Of a stretch of 64,000 nt of DNA, positions 10,187 to 19,209 are shown one piece after another. Under the pieces are notes generated by a model that had not been told where the DNA came from, made no database searches, and saw only the letters and a program-made list of their open reading frames with translations. Origin of the DNA: Hungateiclostridiaceae bacterium UBA1305 (lineage in GTDB: Bacteria > Bacillota > Clostridia > Acetivibrionales > DTU013). Position 1 is the first letter of the stretch; the number at the start of each line of letters is the position of its first letter. The DNA lies in NCBI GenBank assembly GCA_002307275.1, contig DBTX01000068.1, positions 3,065 to 67,064 on the forward strand, given 5' to 3'. The translations under genes were made by a program, and so were the position numbers.

Positions 10187-12118
10187 TTAATTGTTCTCCA
10201 GATATTCAAACAGCTTTTCTGCAGCGGTTCTGCTAATACCTTCCACAGCCTGCAGATCATCAATCCCTGCCTGCCTCATTCTGCTGACAGAGCCAAAATG
10301 CTTGAGCAGTGCCTTTTTACGTTTGGGTCCGATACCTTCTACTTCATCCAGCACGGACTTTGTATACCTCTTTGTCCTCAGCTTTTTATTATAGTCAAGA
10401 GCAAACCTGTGTGCTTCATCCTGTATCGATGTAACAAACCTTAATACCGTTAGGTTTTTGGATAAATCAATTTCTCTGTCCGGCAGGACAAGCCCTCTAG
10501 TGCGATGCCTGTCATCCTTGACCATGCCGCAGATCGGAATGGAAACACCCAGTTCAGTCAGCACCTCACTTACAGCGTTGACATGGCCAAGACCGCCATC
10601 CAGCATGATCAGGTCCGGCATTTTGGAAAACCCGGCCTTTCCGGCTACCTGTTTCTCTACTTCCTGCTTCTCTGCTTCCTGTTTCCTGTCTTCCTGTTTC
10701 TCTGCTACCTGCATCTCTGCTTTCTGTTTCTCTATTTCCTGCTTCTCGGCTTCTGCGTGCTTTAATCTTCTGTACAGAGTCTCCTGCATGCTTGCATAAT
10801 CGTTCTGCACCTCGGTTGAACGGATTTTGAAACGCCTGTATTCCTTCTTTGCAGGCATTCCCTGTTCAAACACCACCATTGATGCGACGATCTCGGAGGA
10901 ACCTGTATTGGATACATCGTAAGCTTCCAGCCTTTGAGGCAGCTGCGTAAGTCCAAGTGCTTCCGACATTCCACGCAGTCCTTCCTGCACTGGTCCTCCT
11001 CCTGCAAGCCTCTCATTGAATCTGGCAAGCTCCAGCTTCGCATTCTGTGAGACCATTTCCACCATGTGAAGCTTTTCTCCTCTTTGGGGCACCTTCACAT
11101 GCACTCTGCCGCCTCTTTTAGAACTGAGCCAGTCCTCAACGACATCAATATCTTCGAATTGCGTTTCAACGACTATTTCAGGCGGTACCATCGCCGCTGT
11201 GCTGTAAAACTGTTTAAGGAACGAGGACGCCAGTTCCGGAAGCTCTCCTTCACCCGTACCTTCTACAATAAAGTATTCCCTTCCGAGCAGCTTGCCGCCT
11301 CTTATGAAAAACACCTGAACGCAAGTGTCGGTTTTGCTCGCGGCAAAGCCTATGATGTCCTGATCGGAACCGGCAACGGAAAGCACCTTTTGTTCCTCTG
11401 TGATATGCCTCAGACTGGAAAGTTTGTCCCGCAGCGACGCCGCCTTTTCAAAATCAAGCGTTTCCGACGCAATCGCCATATTTTTCTCCAACTTTTGAAT
11501 GGTCGCCTCCTGCCTGCCATCCAGGAAAGAACAGATATCGCGCATCAATATACCGTATTCCGCCTTGTCCACATTTCCCGTACAAGGTCCGAGACACTGA
11601 TTGATGTGAAAGTTAAGACATGGCCTGCCTTTTCCTATATCGCGCGGCAACTCACGCTTGCAGGATTTTATGGGGAATACCTTTTTGATGAGATTCATCG
11701 TTTCCCTGACGGAGAATACATTGGAATAAGGCCCAAAATATCTGGCTCCATCCTTATCAACCCGTCTGGTCATGAACATCCGGGGATAATCCTCATACAT
11801 TGTTATTTTAATATAGGGGTAGTTTTTATCATCCTTGAGCAGGATATTGAATCTGGGTTTATGCTTTTTAATCAGATTGCATTCGAGAATGAGTGCTTCC
11901 AGTTCAGTATCTGTGACGATGTACTCAAACTCGCTGATTTTCGCCACCATGGCTGTTACCTTTGGCGAATGGTTCGCAGATGTCTGGAAATATTGCCTGA
12001 CCCTGTTTTTGAGCACCACGGCCTTCCCAACATAAATAATGGCGCCACTTTCGTCCTTCATAATATAAACGCCCGGTTTATCGGGCAGTTTTTTAAGTTC
12101 TTCCTGTATGTCGAACAT
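10187..12118 (-). CDS. uvrC: Excinuclease ABC subunit C (UvrC) with an E/K/Q-rich insertion
   Basis: GIY-YIG N-terminus (PGVYIM...IYVGKA), UVR domain, RNase H-like endonuclease domain and C-terminal HhH2. Confidence 0.95.
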   Translation of the reverse strand: MFDIQEELKKLPDKPGVYIMKDESGAIIYVGKAVVLKNRVRQYFQTSANHSPKVTAMVAKISEFEYIVTDTELEALILECNLIKKHKPRFNILLKDDKNYPYIKITMYEDYPRMFMTRRVDKDGARYFGPYSNVFSVRETMNLIKKVFPIKSCKRELPRDIGKGRPCLNFHINQCLGPCTGNVDKAEYGILMRDICSFLDGRQEATIQKLEKNMAIASETLDFEKAASLRDKLSSLRHITEEQKVLSVAGSDQDIIGFAASKTDTCVQVFFIRGGKLLGREYFIVEGTGEGELPELASSFLKQFYSTAAMVPPEIVVETQFEDIDVVEDWLSSKRGGRVHVKVPQRGEKLHMVEMVSQNAKLELARFNERLAGGGPVQEGLRGMSEALGLTQLPQRLEAYDVSNTGSSEIVASMVVFEQGMPAKKEYRRFKIRSTEVQNDYASMQETLYRRLKHAEAEKQEIEKQKAEMQVAEKQEDRKQEAEKQEVEKQVAGKAGFSKMPDLIMLDGGLGHVNAVSEVLTELGVSIPICGMVKDDRHRTRGLVLPDREIDLSKNLTVLRFVTSIQDEAHRFALDYNKKLRTKRYTKSVLDEVEGIGPKRKKALLKHFGSVSRMRQAGIDDLQAVEGISRTAAEKLFEYLENN

Positions 12119-12121
12119 TTT

Positions 12122-12391
12122 TTAAGCTATCTCACCTATACCGGAAAGCAAATATTTTTCCAGGTCAGCCGCTGCATCCGCTTCGTCTTCGCCTTCCACA
12201 GTGATAGCCAGCTTTGTACCCTGCCCGATTCCCAAGGATAATACACCCAGAAGGCTTTTGGCATTGGCTCTTCTCTCATCCCTGACAATCCATATACTGG
12301 ATTTATAATTGGAAGCCTTTTGAATGAATACCGCTGCGGATTTTGACTGAAGTCCCGCAGAATTTTTAATAACAACTTCCCTTACTATCAT
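12122..12391 (-). CDS. crh: HPr-like phosphocarrier paralog of the Crh type (Gln15, Ser46)
   Basis: With the ATG at 12391 (GGAGG RBS, 6-nt spacing), residue 15 is Gln (SAGLQSKSA) instead of the PTS His. The HPrK site KSLLGVLSLG places Ser at residue 46. Confidence 0.7.
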   Translation of the reverse strand: MIVREVVIKNSAGLQSKSAAVFIQKASNYKSSIWIVRDERRANAKSLLGVLSLGIGQGTKLAITVEGEDEADAAADLEKYLLSGIGEIA

Positions 12392-12500
12392 TTCCAACCT
12401 CCACGAAATTTTCGCTCCACATTCTCAGTTGTATTATATCAGATAGAAATAAAAATGGCTAGAATCATCTTACTATTGCCTGACAGCCGGAGCACTGTTT

Positions 12501-13547
12501 TCATTTATGCTTTTCATATATTTTCACCTGAAGAAATCTTTTGCCGACAGTCACCCGCAGCATAATGGGATATTTCCTGGTGTTGACAAACTTGAAATCC
12601 GCCCCTCCGTATGTCACCGTTGCATCTTTGCCATCGGGAACATAGAAGACATCATCCGAATGTTCATGTCTCTCCGTGACTTTTAACCCGCACTTCATTA
12701 CTGCATTGTATAATGTGGTTGAGACCTGGCATACTCCTCCGCCAGGAGCTTTTTTATGTTTTGGGCCTTTTGGGGTCCTTACAATCACAGTTGCGTTTTC
12801 ATAACCAAACTTTTTAGACTTGCTGCCCGTTGAAGCATTAAAGGAAAATTCCTGCCCGGGCAGTATTATCATTTTATCTAGTTTAGCTGAAGCAAGACGA
12901 ATATTCTTAATCCGTGATCTGCTTCTATCCAGAAATGGCGTACTAAACTTCGCAATAAGCTTAATTTTTCCTTTTAACTGCTTTGAAGCGATATGAGGTT
13001 GAACCCGGGAATACGAATATTGGATTACCTGGCCTTTCTTTGCAGAAAGAGCTGCTTTGACGATTTTATCCGCATTAAGCCTTTTTCCATATTTCCCTTT
13101 CTTCATATCCCAGGTCTTTTCATCATAGCTGGCATTTACAGCTGTAATATCCGTCTTTAGTGAAATCCCCTGCAGCATTGAAAGAAGCTCGGTTTCAGTC
13201 ATACCCCCGATTTTTTCTTTTCCCAGACGGACGTTTTTAGCAACACTCCTGACCGGCTCAATTTCCTGGACATTATTCAAAGGTGCGTTGCGGGTGCTTT
13301 CCGAAGCCAATTCCGATGAAGCTGCATCCTGCGGGGCTGTTTTCGGCGAAGTCGTGATCGTTGAAGCTGAATCCTGCAAAGTTGAATTCTGTAAAGGTAC
13401 ATCAGTCTTCGGCAAGTCTGTTCCTGACATAGTCACATCAGCCATTTTTTTCACATAATCCTGACCGCCATTGCCGGATGAGGTTCCACAGCCAGAAAAC
13501 ATTACAGCTATAAAAAACATTGCCATTGCATTAAAAAATAGCTTCAC
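12501..13547 (-). CDS. VanW-domain lipoprotein
   Basis: Lipobox MFSGC after a hydrophobic signal sequence. C-terminal VanW-like core (GGGVCQVSTTLYNA, ERHEHS, DATV, DFKFVN). The start is uncertain: GTG at 13547 or the upstream start at 13574. Confidence 0.7.
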   Translation of the reverse strand: MKLFFNAMAMFFIAVMFSGCGTSSGNGGQDYVKKMADVTMSGTDLPKTDVPLQNSTLQDSASTITTSPKTAPQDAASSELASESTRNAPLNNVQEIEPVRSVAKNVRLGKEKIGGMTETELLSMLQGISLKTDITAVNASYDEKTWDMKKGKYGKRLNADKIVKAALSAKKGQVIQYSYSRVQPHIASKQLKGKIKLIAKFSTPFLDRSRSRIKNIRLASAKLDKMIILPGQEFSFNASTGSKSKKFGYENATVIVRTPKGPKHKKAPGGGVCQVSTTLYNAVMKCGLKVTERHEHSDDVFYVPDGKDATVTYGGADFKFVNTRKYPIMLRVTVGKRFLQVKIYEKHK

Positions 13548-13656
13548 GTAATCACCCCCGCATAATTTAACCATGCTACATTATTATGAGTGAATTTCGT
13601 ATAGCTATTCGTTGTTAAATTTTCATTTATATGAATTTTTTTTATAACACTCCAGA

Positions 13657-14547
13657 TTACTTTTTCAAATACCGTTCTTCCATTTGTATGCCCAGGCCCA
13701 GTGAATAAATAAACAGGTCCACTATAACAACCAACGCCAGTCCAAGCAGTAGTTCGTCCTGCGGTACCATAAACAGCAGAAGCAGTTTCAGCAGGGTAAT
13801 CGAGACGAGTCCGGTTACGAACTCCGTATAAATACTGTTCTTCTGGCTGAATGTTCTAAGGATCAGTCTGCCGAAGTAGATGCTGGCTGTGACGGACGAT
13901 AGTACAAGAATGACAATATACAGCAACGGCGCAATCAGCGTCACAAGCAGCAGCAGCAGCAGTATGCTCGCGCTAAGGAGTGAAAGAACTCCGAGAAGAA
14001 GCTTTCTACCGATATCCTTTTCAATATGCTGCGATATTTTGTTGTATTTTTCTTTTGAAATTACGAGGATCAACAAACCGACGATCAGGACCGCAAGTGT
14101 GAACAGAATCATGATCGCGAGCCTTAGATATACAAAAGCGCTTATATCCAGGTTCATCGACTCGCCAAGTATCCTGACTTCCTGACCCTTGACCTTTGCT
14201 CCTTCATCTTTGGTGAGCGAACCAATCGTTATGACGTCGCCTCCAACTAATGCGTTTTGTGTCAGTATTGTATTGCCGAACACTGTCACAACCTGCCCCG
14301 ATACTTCCTCATTGACCGTTATATCCCCAAAGACTGCGACCACCTGGCCATTTATTTTGCTGTTCACCGAAACATTGCCAAGCACAGAAATGACATTGCC
14401 CATGACTGGTTTCGTTATTGATATATCATCTATAAGGCTGACTCTGTCACCATTTTCAGAAGAAATTACCACACCTTCAGCAAAGATGGGTATCGTTATC
14501 AGCATGAATACTGCAAACAGCAGAAGCAGCGAAAAGAGTTTTTTCAT
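13657..14547 (-). CDS. Membrane protein with an N-terminal bactofilin-like repeat region and four or more C-terminal TM helices; third gene of the ECF sigma operon
   Basis: Signal peptide, then repeats such as GNVISVLGNVSV, GQVVAVFGDITV, GQVVTVFGNTIL and GGDVITIG, followed by a hydrophobic C-terminal half. Its ATG overlaps the anti-sigma stop codon (ATGA). Confidence 0.6.
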   Translation of the reverse strand: MKKLFSLLLLFAVFMLITIPIFAEGVVISSENGDRVSLIDDISITKPVMGNVISVLGNVSVNSKINGQVVAVFGDITVNEEVSGQVVTVFGNTILTQNALVGGDVITIGSLTKDEGAKVKGQEVRILGESMNLDISAFVYLRLAIMILFTLAVLIVGLLILVISKEKYNKISQHIEKDIGRKLLLGVLSLLSASILLLLLLVTLIAPLLYIVILVLSSVTASIYFGRLILRTFSQKNSIYTEFVTGLVSITLLKLLLLFMVPQDELLLGLALVVIVDLFIYSLGLGIQMEERYLKK

Positions 14548-15122
14548 CTTACTTCCTCCCTGCTTTGTGTGCCTACATAGTTGAGCAGCTTCTGTATTGC
14601 AAACAGCATGACGACCAGTGCAAGAAATACATAATAATATGACTTGAAAATCGAGAACGCCACGTCCAATACTACAAAAAGCGCTCCGCCGATCAGTCTG
14701 AAAATATCGCTTACTACACCGAATACTGCGGATGTCGCACTGGAGAATGAGCTGAAGTAATCGCTTATTTTCTCAAAAGCATTAAATACACTTACCTGCT
14801 TCAGATCCGCTGCAAAAACCAGCAGAAGTATGATGGATATCACTGTAGCGGCGTTGTACAGGAGTACGATACGCTTCGAGTATGTTTCGCTGCGTTGTTT
14901 CTCAATAACACCGACCTTCTCCATCACCATTGCTTCAAAATTGGCCGGAGGTTCTACTTCTGTCTGTGTTTCAATTGCCTTGAAAATCTCTTCCATGCAG
15001 TTGAACTCATCATTACAACTGCTGCAGCTTTTTAAATGCTGCTTAAACTGAACATCTTCAATATCGTTACGTTCGCCGTCGAAATACTTCATGATATATT
15101 CTTTTGATAATTCACAGTTCAT
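14544..15122 (-). CDS. Anti-sigma factor (zf-HC2 type) with C-terminal TM helices
   Basis: H-x3-C-x2-C motif (HLKSCSSC) near the N-terminus and two predicted TM segments. The start overlaps the sigma-factor stop codon. Confidence 0.75.
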   Translation of the reverse strand: MNCELSKEYIMKYFDGERNDIEDVQFKQHLKSCSSCNDEFNCMEEIFKAIETQTEVEPPANFEAMVMEKVGVIEKQRSETYSKRIVLLYNAATVISIILLLVFAADLKQVSVFNAFEKISDYFSSFSSATSAVFGVVSDIFRLIGGALFVVLDVAFSIFKSYYYVFLALVVMLFAIQKLLNYVGTQSREEVR

Positions 15123-15724
15123 AATACCTCCTCCTTTCTATCCTGCATCAGTGCCTCCCTGAGCATCAATCTGGCCCGGTAAAGGCGGTTTTTTATAATT
15201 GTCATCGGTTCACCGAGTATCTTCGTCATCTCTTCATAGGATACGCCGTTCTGGTGAAAGAGGATGACCGGCGTTCGGTACTTTTCAGGCAAGGACTGTA
15301 TCGCCTTTCGGATCCTGAGCGTACGTTCCTTTTGAATGTAGCTTGATTCCGGTGTATCAATGCCATTCGAAAAGTCTTCTATCTCTTCGATCGGCGTGGA
15401 ATCCACTTTTTTCTTGCGATGCATATCAAGGCAAAGGTTTGTGGCTATTCTGACAGACCAGGTTGAAAATTTGTACTCAGGATTGTAACGGTCAAGTGCT
15501 TTGTAAATCCTGATGAAAACTTCCTGGGAGATGTCACTGACCTCATCTTTGTCATTCATCATATTATATACAACGCTAAATATCAACTTTTTATATCGTG
15601 TCACAAGCTCTTCAAAATACTCTTGCTGCCCTGATAAACACTTTTGTATCAGTTCATAGTCGGTCAGCTCCAATCGAGTCTCACCACCTTGCCTATAATG
15701 ATTATACGATAAAGCGGCTTTCAT
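15119..15724 (-). CDS. ECF-type RNA polymerase sigma-70 factor
   Basis: Region 2 (FEELVTRYKKLIFSVVY...DISQEVFIRIY) and region 4 (LPEKYRTPVILFHQNGVSYEEMTKILGEPMTIIKNRLYRAR). An alternative TTG start at 15673 has an AAGGTGGTG RBS. Confidence 0.9.
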   Translation of the reverse strand: MKAALSYNHYRQGGETRLELTDYELIQKCLSGQQEYFEELVTRYKKLIFSVVYNMMNDKDEVSDISQEVFIRIYKALDRYNPEYKFSTWSVRIATNLCLDMHRKKKVDSTPIEEIEDFSNGIDTPESSYIQKERTLRIRKAIQSLPEKYRTPVILFHQNGVSYEEMTKILGEPMTIIKNRLYRARLMLREALMQDRKEEVL

Positions 15725-15816
15725 GTCTTACGTTATTATAAAATTTTGCAGAGTTTTTTATATTCATGCCATAAATATCAAATAATGATAAATTGAAAGC
15801 CGTGTGATAAACCATG

Positions 15817-15825
15817 TGATATAAT
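15817..15825 (+). promoter_or_regulatory. Extended -10 promoter element (TGaTATAAT) upstream of the DUF192 gene
   Basis: tgatataat lies at 15817-15825, 69 nt upstream of the ATG. No good -35 box at 17-nt spacing. Confidence 0.4.
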
Positions 15826-15893
15826 GTAAAGAAACGTTGAAGCTTTCCAAATACGGGACACTTCGAAGCTGAAGATGAAGGGAGGCTCTTTTT

Positions 15894-16250
15894 ATGATAA
15901 TCAGGAATATTACACGCAATACAGTGTTAACAAATCAATGCGATCACGCACGAAGCTTCTTTGCCAGGCTCAAAGGCCTGCAGTTGAAAAAAGACCTTCC
16001 TGCAGGGAGCGGAATGCTTATCACACCCTGTAATTCAATCCATATGTTTTTTATGAGATTTCCTATAGATGCGATATTTTTGGATAAGGATCAGAATGTT
16101 CTGTATATCGAGGAAGATATCAAACCCTGGAGGATCTCGAAAGTCATAAAGAACTCCCGCAGCGTTCTGGAATTACCCGCCGGCACTGCGAAAGCCACAG
16201 GTACAATACTGTGTGACAGGCTGGAAATCAATCAAGCCGCTTCCACATGA
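15894..16250 (+). CDS. DUF192 family protein
   Basis: ARLKGLQ...GMLITPCNSIHMFFMRFPIDAIFLD pattern typical of DUF192/COG1430. Good RBS (GGGAGG). Confidence 0.75.
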   Translation: MIIRNITRNTVLTNQCDHARSFFARLKGLQLKKDLPAGSGMLITPCNSIHMFFMRFPIDAIFLDKDQNVLYIEEDIKPWRISKVIKNSRSVLELPAGTAKATGTILCDRLEINQAAST

Positions 16251-16761
16251 TTATCGCATCTTCATTGTTATCCGCGTAATATGCCTTTCGCATGCCGCCA
16301 TCCGCAAAGCCGAACTTTTTGTACAATGCCTGGGCAGAATAGTTACTGCGTCTTACCTCAAGCGTCAGCGCTATGATGCCAAGCTTTTCAGCACTTGAAA
16401 GCAATGCTTCCAACAGCGCGCTTCCGACGCCGTAATTCCTGAATTCCGGATGTACGGCTATATTGGTGATATGTCCCTCGTCCAGTATCTGCCACATACC
16501 TGCATAGCCTACTGCTTTACCGCCGATTCTACCAACTGTTTCACATCCTGCATTGCAATCATAAGCAACCCCGCATTCGGCTGCATGACTGTCGGAAATC
16601 TGACTGCCTGTCAGCGCACAGAAATAAATCGCAATCTTGTTTTCAAGAAGCTCTTCTACAATCGACTGCCTCGACCATGGTATTTTAAAACTTAGATTTT
16701 CAACGACTACGATATCATTAATATGTTCACGGCTGGCCGCAACAATTTCGATATCCTTCAT
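16228..16761 (-). CDS. rimI: Ribosomal-protein-alanine N-acetyltransferase RimI (GNAT) with a Cys-rich internal insertion
   Basis: GNAT motif A (IAVHPEFRNYGVGSALL) and position after tsaE-tsaB with overlapping stop/start codons. Confidence 0.85.
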   Translation of the reverse strand: MKDIEIVAASREHINDIVVVENLSFKIPWSRQSIVEELLENKIAIYFCALTGSQISDSHAAECGVAYDCNAGCETVGRIGGKAVGYAGMWQILDEGHITNIAVHPEFRNYGVGSALLEALLSSAEKLGIIALTLEVRRSNYSAQALYKKFGFADGGMRKAYYADNNEDAIIMWKRLD

Positions 16762-17489
16762 ATCTCCTCTGCCCCCGTCTGAGTCCCATTTCGTTTTTCC
16801 CCGAATTCCCTCTCTGCCTGAGACTGTCTGAGATAAAAAGGCTTCAGGTCGTAGCTGCTGACAGTCTCACCCCTCTGCATCTGAAGCAAGGCAAGATGAG
16901 CAGCTGATGCAGCCATATGCTGTGTCAGAAAGTCCGGTGCGAAAATACAGCGGTCTCCGAGTTCTATCTTAAGAAAGTCCCTGTGTTGTGCCACCGCATC
17001 ACCGGTAAAAAGGATTCCGGCGTTTTTATCTTCGATCAGGCTGACGAGTTCGGAAACATGCACTCCCATATAGCCTGAAGTGTTTTCCATGATTCCGTTA
17101 TGATATTTATATAACGCTGTATAGACCTGATTGTTCCTGGCATCAAGTATCGGGCAGACCAGTGTGTCCGCGGGTACTGGCAAAGCAGCTGCAAGCGCGT
17201 CCAGGGAAGGGATGCCCGCTGTTGGCTTCTGAGCCGCATATGCGATCGATTTGACGGTGGTAACGCCTATACGCAGTCCCGTAAAGGAACCCGGCCCGGT
17301 CACCGCTGCAAGGATATCCATATCGGCGACAGTCATTTTCAGGCTGTTCAATATCTCCTGCAGCATCGGAACAAGCTTTTGCGAATGAGTCTTTTTATCA
17401 TTGAGCATATACTCGGCCAAAAGACCTTGTTCATCTACAATCGCTATACCAGCCATGGTTGTTGACGTATCAACGGCTAGTGCCCTCAT
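16758..17489 (-). CDS. tsaB: tRNA threonylcarbamoyladenosine biosynthesis protein TsaB (YeaZ)
   Basis: LAVDTST...GPGSFTGLRIGV motif of the YeaZ family. Confidence 0.9.
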   Translation of the reverse strand: MRALAVDTSTTMAGIAIVDEQGLLAEYMLNDKKTHSQKLVPMLQEILNSLKMTVADMDILAAVTGPGSFTGLRIGVTTVKSIAYAAQKPTAGIPSLDALAAALPVPADTLVCPILDARNNQVYTALYKYHNGIMENTSGYMGVHVSELVSLIEDKNAGILFTGDAVAQHRDFLKIELGDRCIFAPDFLTQHMAASAAHLALLQMQRGETVSSYDLKPFYLRQSQAEREFGEKRNGTQTGAEEI

Positions 17490-17950
17490 TCGGTAAGCCT
17501 CCCTTCATAATCTGCGGACCTGAGTCCATGGAACTTCATTGTAATAAGCCTGCTGTCGGGCTTGTCTGTATTATCTTTTTCAATGAATACTTCGATCCGG
17601 TCAGGCGGCAGGATGTCCCTGATCAATTCGGCCCATTCTATGACAGTGATACCCTCGCCTGAAATATATTCATCATACCCGGTCTCAAACATTTCACCCG
17701 GATCGCCTATCCTGTAGACATCAAAGTGGTACAACGGCAAATCGCCTTCATATTCATTCACAATCGTAAACGTGGGGCTGGTTATGTAGCCTCCGATTCC
17801 AAGCGCTTTGGCAATGCCGCCGGTAAATGCGGTCTTTCCTGTGCCCAGATCACCTGTCAGACATACCGTGTCGCCTTTTTGAAGGATTACACCAAGCCGC
17901 CGCCCGAGCTCTGCAGTTTCCTCTGCAGAGCCTGCCTTGAATCTTATCAT
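17486..17950 (-). CDS. tsaE: tRNA threonylcarbamoyladenosine biosynthesis ATPase TsaE (YjeE)
   Basis: P-loop GDLGTGKT, SPTFTIVNEY and HFDVYR motifs. Confidence 0.92.
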   Translation of the reverse strand: MIRFKAGSAEETAELGRRLGVILQKGDTVCLTGDLGTGKTAFTGGIAKALGIGGYITSPTFTIVNEYEGDLPLYHFDVYRIGDPGEMFETGYDEYISGEGITVIEWAELIRDILPPDRIEVFIEKDNTDKPDSRLITMKFHGLRSADYEGRLTE

Positions 17951-19128
17951 AAACGTTTAACCACCTGACCGTTGATTATCGTATAAAGTACTTTCGTTTT
18001 CAAATCGAGCGGAGGCCCGTCCATAATAATAATATCCGCATCTTTGCCGGTCTCCAGACTCCCAACCCTGTCGGAAATTCCAGTTATTTCTGCCGCATTG
18101 ATCGTTATTGCCTTCAAAGCTTCCTGCTCATCCATTCCCTCTTTTACCGCAACAGCTGCACAAAGCGGCAGATACTGAACCGGTGTGCATGGGTGATCCG
18201 TCATGATCGCTATTTTCAAACCTGCTCTGGACAGTATACCCGGTGATTTGACGCTTTGATTCTTTAATTCGATTTTGGACCTGTCCGTCAGGAAAGGTCC
18301 AGTTATAACCGATGTGTTTTCCTCTAAAAGAATGTCTGTAATCAGATGGCCCTCCGTGCAGTGTTCTATTGTCACATGAATGTCAAATTCTTTTGCAATA
18401 CGGAGCGCTGTCAATATATCGTCAGCCCTGTGCGCATGCGCTTTTAGCGGCATTTCGCCCTTCAACACCCTCATCAGTGCTTCCAGCTTCATATCATAAT
18501 CCGGCTTGTCAAAATTTTCACTGTCACGTTCATAATCATCGAGCATCTGCCTGTATTCCTTTGCCTTCATGAGGCTCTCCCTCAGGATAGCCGCAGTTGC
18601 CATTCTGGTCATCGGTGACTGCCTTTTCTCATGATACACGGACTTGGGATTCTCGCCAAAAGCGATCTTCATTGCAACTGGTTCCTTCAGTATCATATCT
18701 TCAACACTGCGGCCATAAGTCTTGAGTGCTGCAAATTGTCCGCCGATGACATTAGCACTTCCCGGACCCGTTACAACTGTAGTGATACCGTTTTCCCTCG
18801 CCTCGACAAAAGCCCTGTCAGCATGATATATTCCATCGATCGCTCTGAGCTGGGGAGTTACAGGATCAGTCATTTCATTACTGTCTTCGCCTTCAAATCC
18901 GACCCCGTCTTCGCACATGCCAACATGGCAATGAGCATCAATAAAGCCCGGCAGCACATAGCAGCCCCTTGCATCAATCACCTCGGAACAACCTGCCGCT
19001 TCCAGTTTTTCCACTTCTGCAGCATCACAACCGAGTGCTGTTATTTTTCCCGCTTCTGCTGCAATGTATCCGTTCTCATATTCGCTGCCCGCCATGGTCA
19101 GCAGTCTGGCATTCTTTATTAATAGCAT
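17947..19128 (-). CDS. Amidohydrolase family protein (metal-dependent hydrolase)
   Basis: PGFIDAHCH metal-binding motif and C-terminal GSLETGKDAD. Its stop overlaps the tsaE start. ATG at 19128 follows a GGAGGG RBS. Confidence 0.85.
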   Translation of the reverse strand: MLLIKNARLLTMAGSEYENGYIAAEAGKITALGCDAAEVEKLEAAGCSEVIDARGCYVLPGFIDAHCHVGMCEDGVGFEGEDSNEMTDPVTPQLRAIDGIYHADRAFVEARENGITTVVTGPGSANVIGGQFAALKTYGRSVEDMILKEPVAMKIAFGENPKSVYHEKRQSPMTRMATAAILRESLMKAKEYRQMLDDYERDSENFDKPDYDMKLEALMRVLKGEMPLKAHAHRADDILTALRIAKEFDIHVTIEHCTEGHLITDILLEENTSVITGPFLTDRSKIELKNQSVKSPGILSRAGLKIAIMTDHPCTPVQYLPLCAAVAVKEGMDEQEALKAITINAAEITGISDRVGSLETGKDADIIIMDGPPLDLKTKVLYTIINGQVVKRL

Positions 19129-19144
19129 CTGACCCTCCAAAAAC

Positions 19145-19181
19145 CAAGAAAATACAGAAGGAACGGTGGTATACCGTTCCC
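19145..19181 (-). terminator. Intrinsic terminator after rpsI
   Basis: On the minus strand, GGAACGGT-ATACC-ACCGTTCC is followed by a T-rich tail. Confidence 0.55.
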
Positions 19182-19209
19182 TGTTTTGCTGCTATATTCG
19201 TTATTATTA

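Noticed and set aside
11066-12241. A 391-aa plus-strand ORF.
   Set aside because: It is entirely antisense to the well-supported uvrC and crh genes. It has a low-complexity, Arg/Phe-rich composition, no RBS and no recognisable motif. It is a typical shadow ORF.
15725-15800. An autoregulated ECF-type promoter (GAAC/AAC ... CGT) upstream of the sigma-factor gene.
   Set aside because: The only AAAAAC...CGTA pair has about 20-nt spacing, and the CGTA lies 3 nt from the annotated ATG. It would only work if the TTG at 15673 is the real start, which is too speculative to list as a feature.
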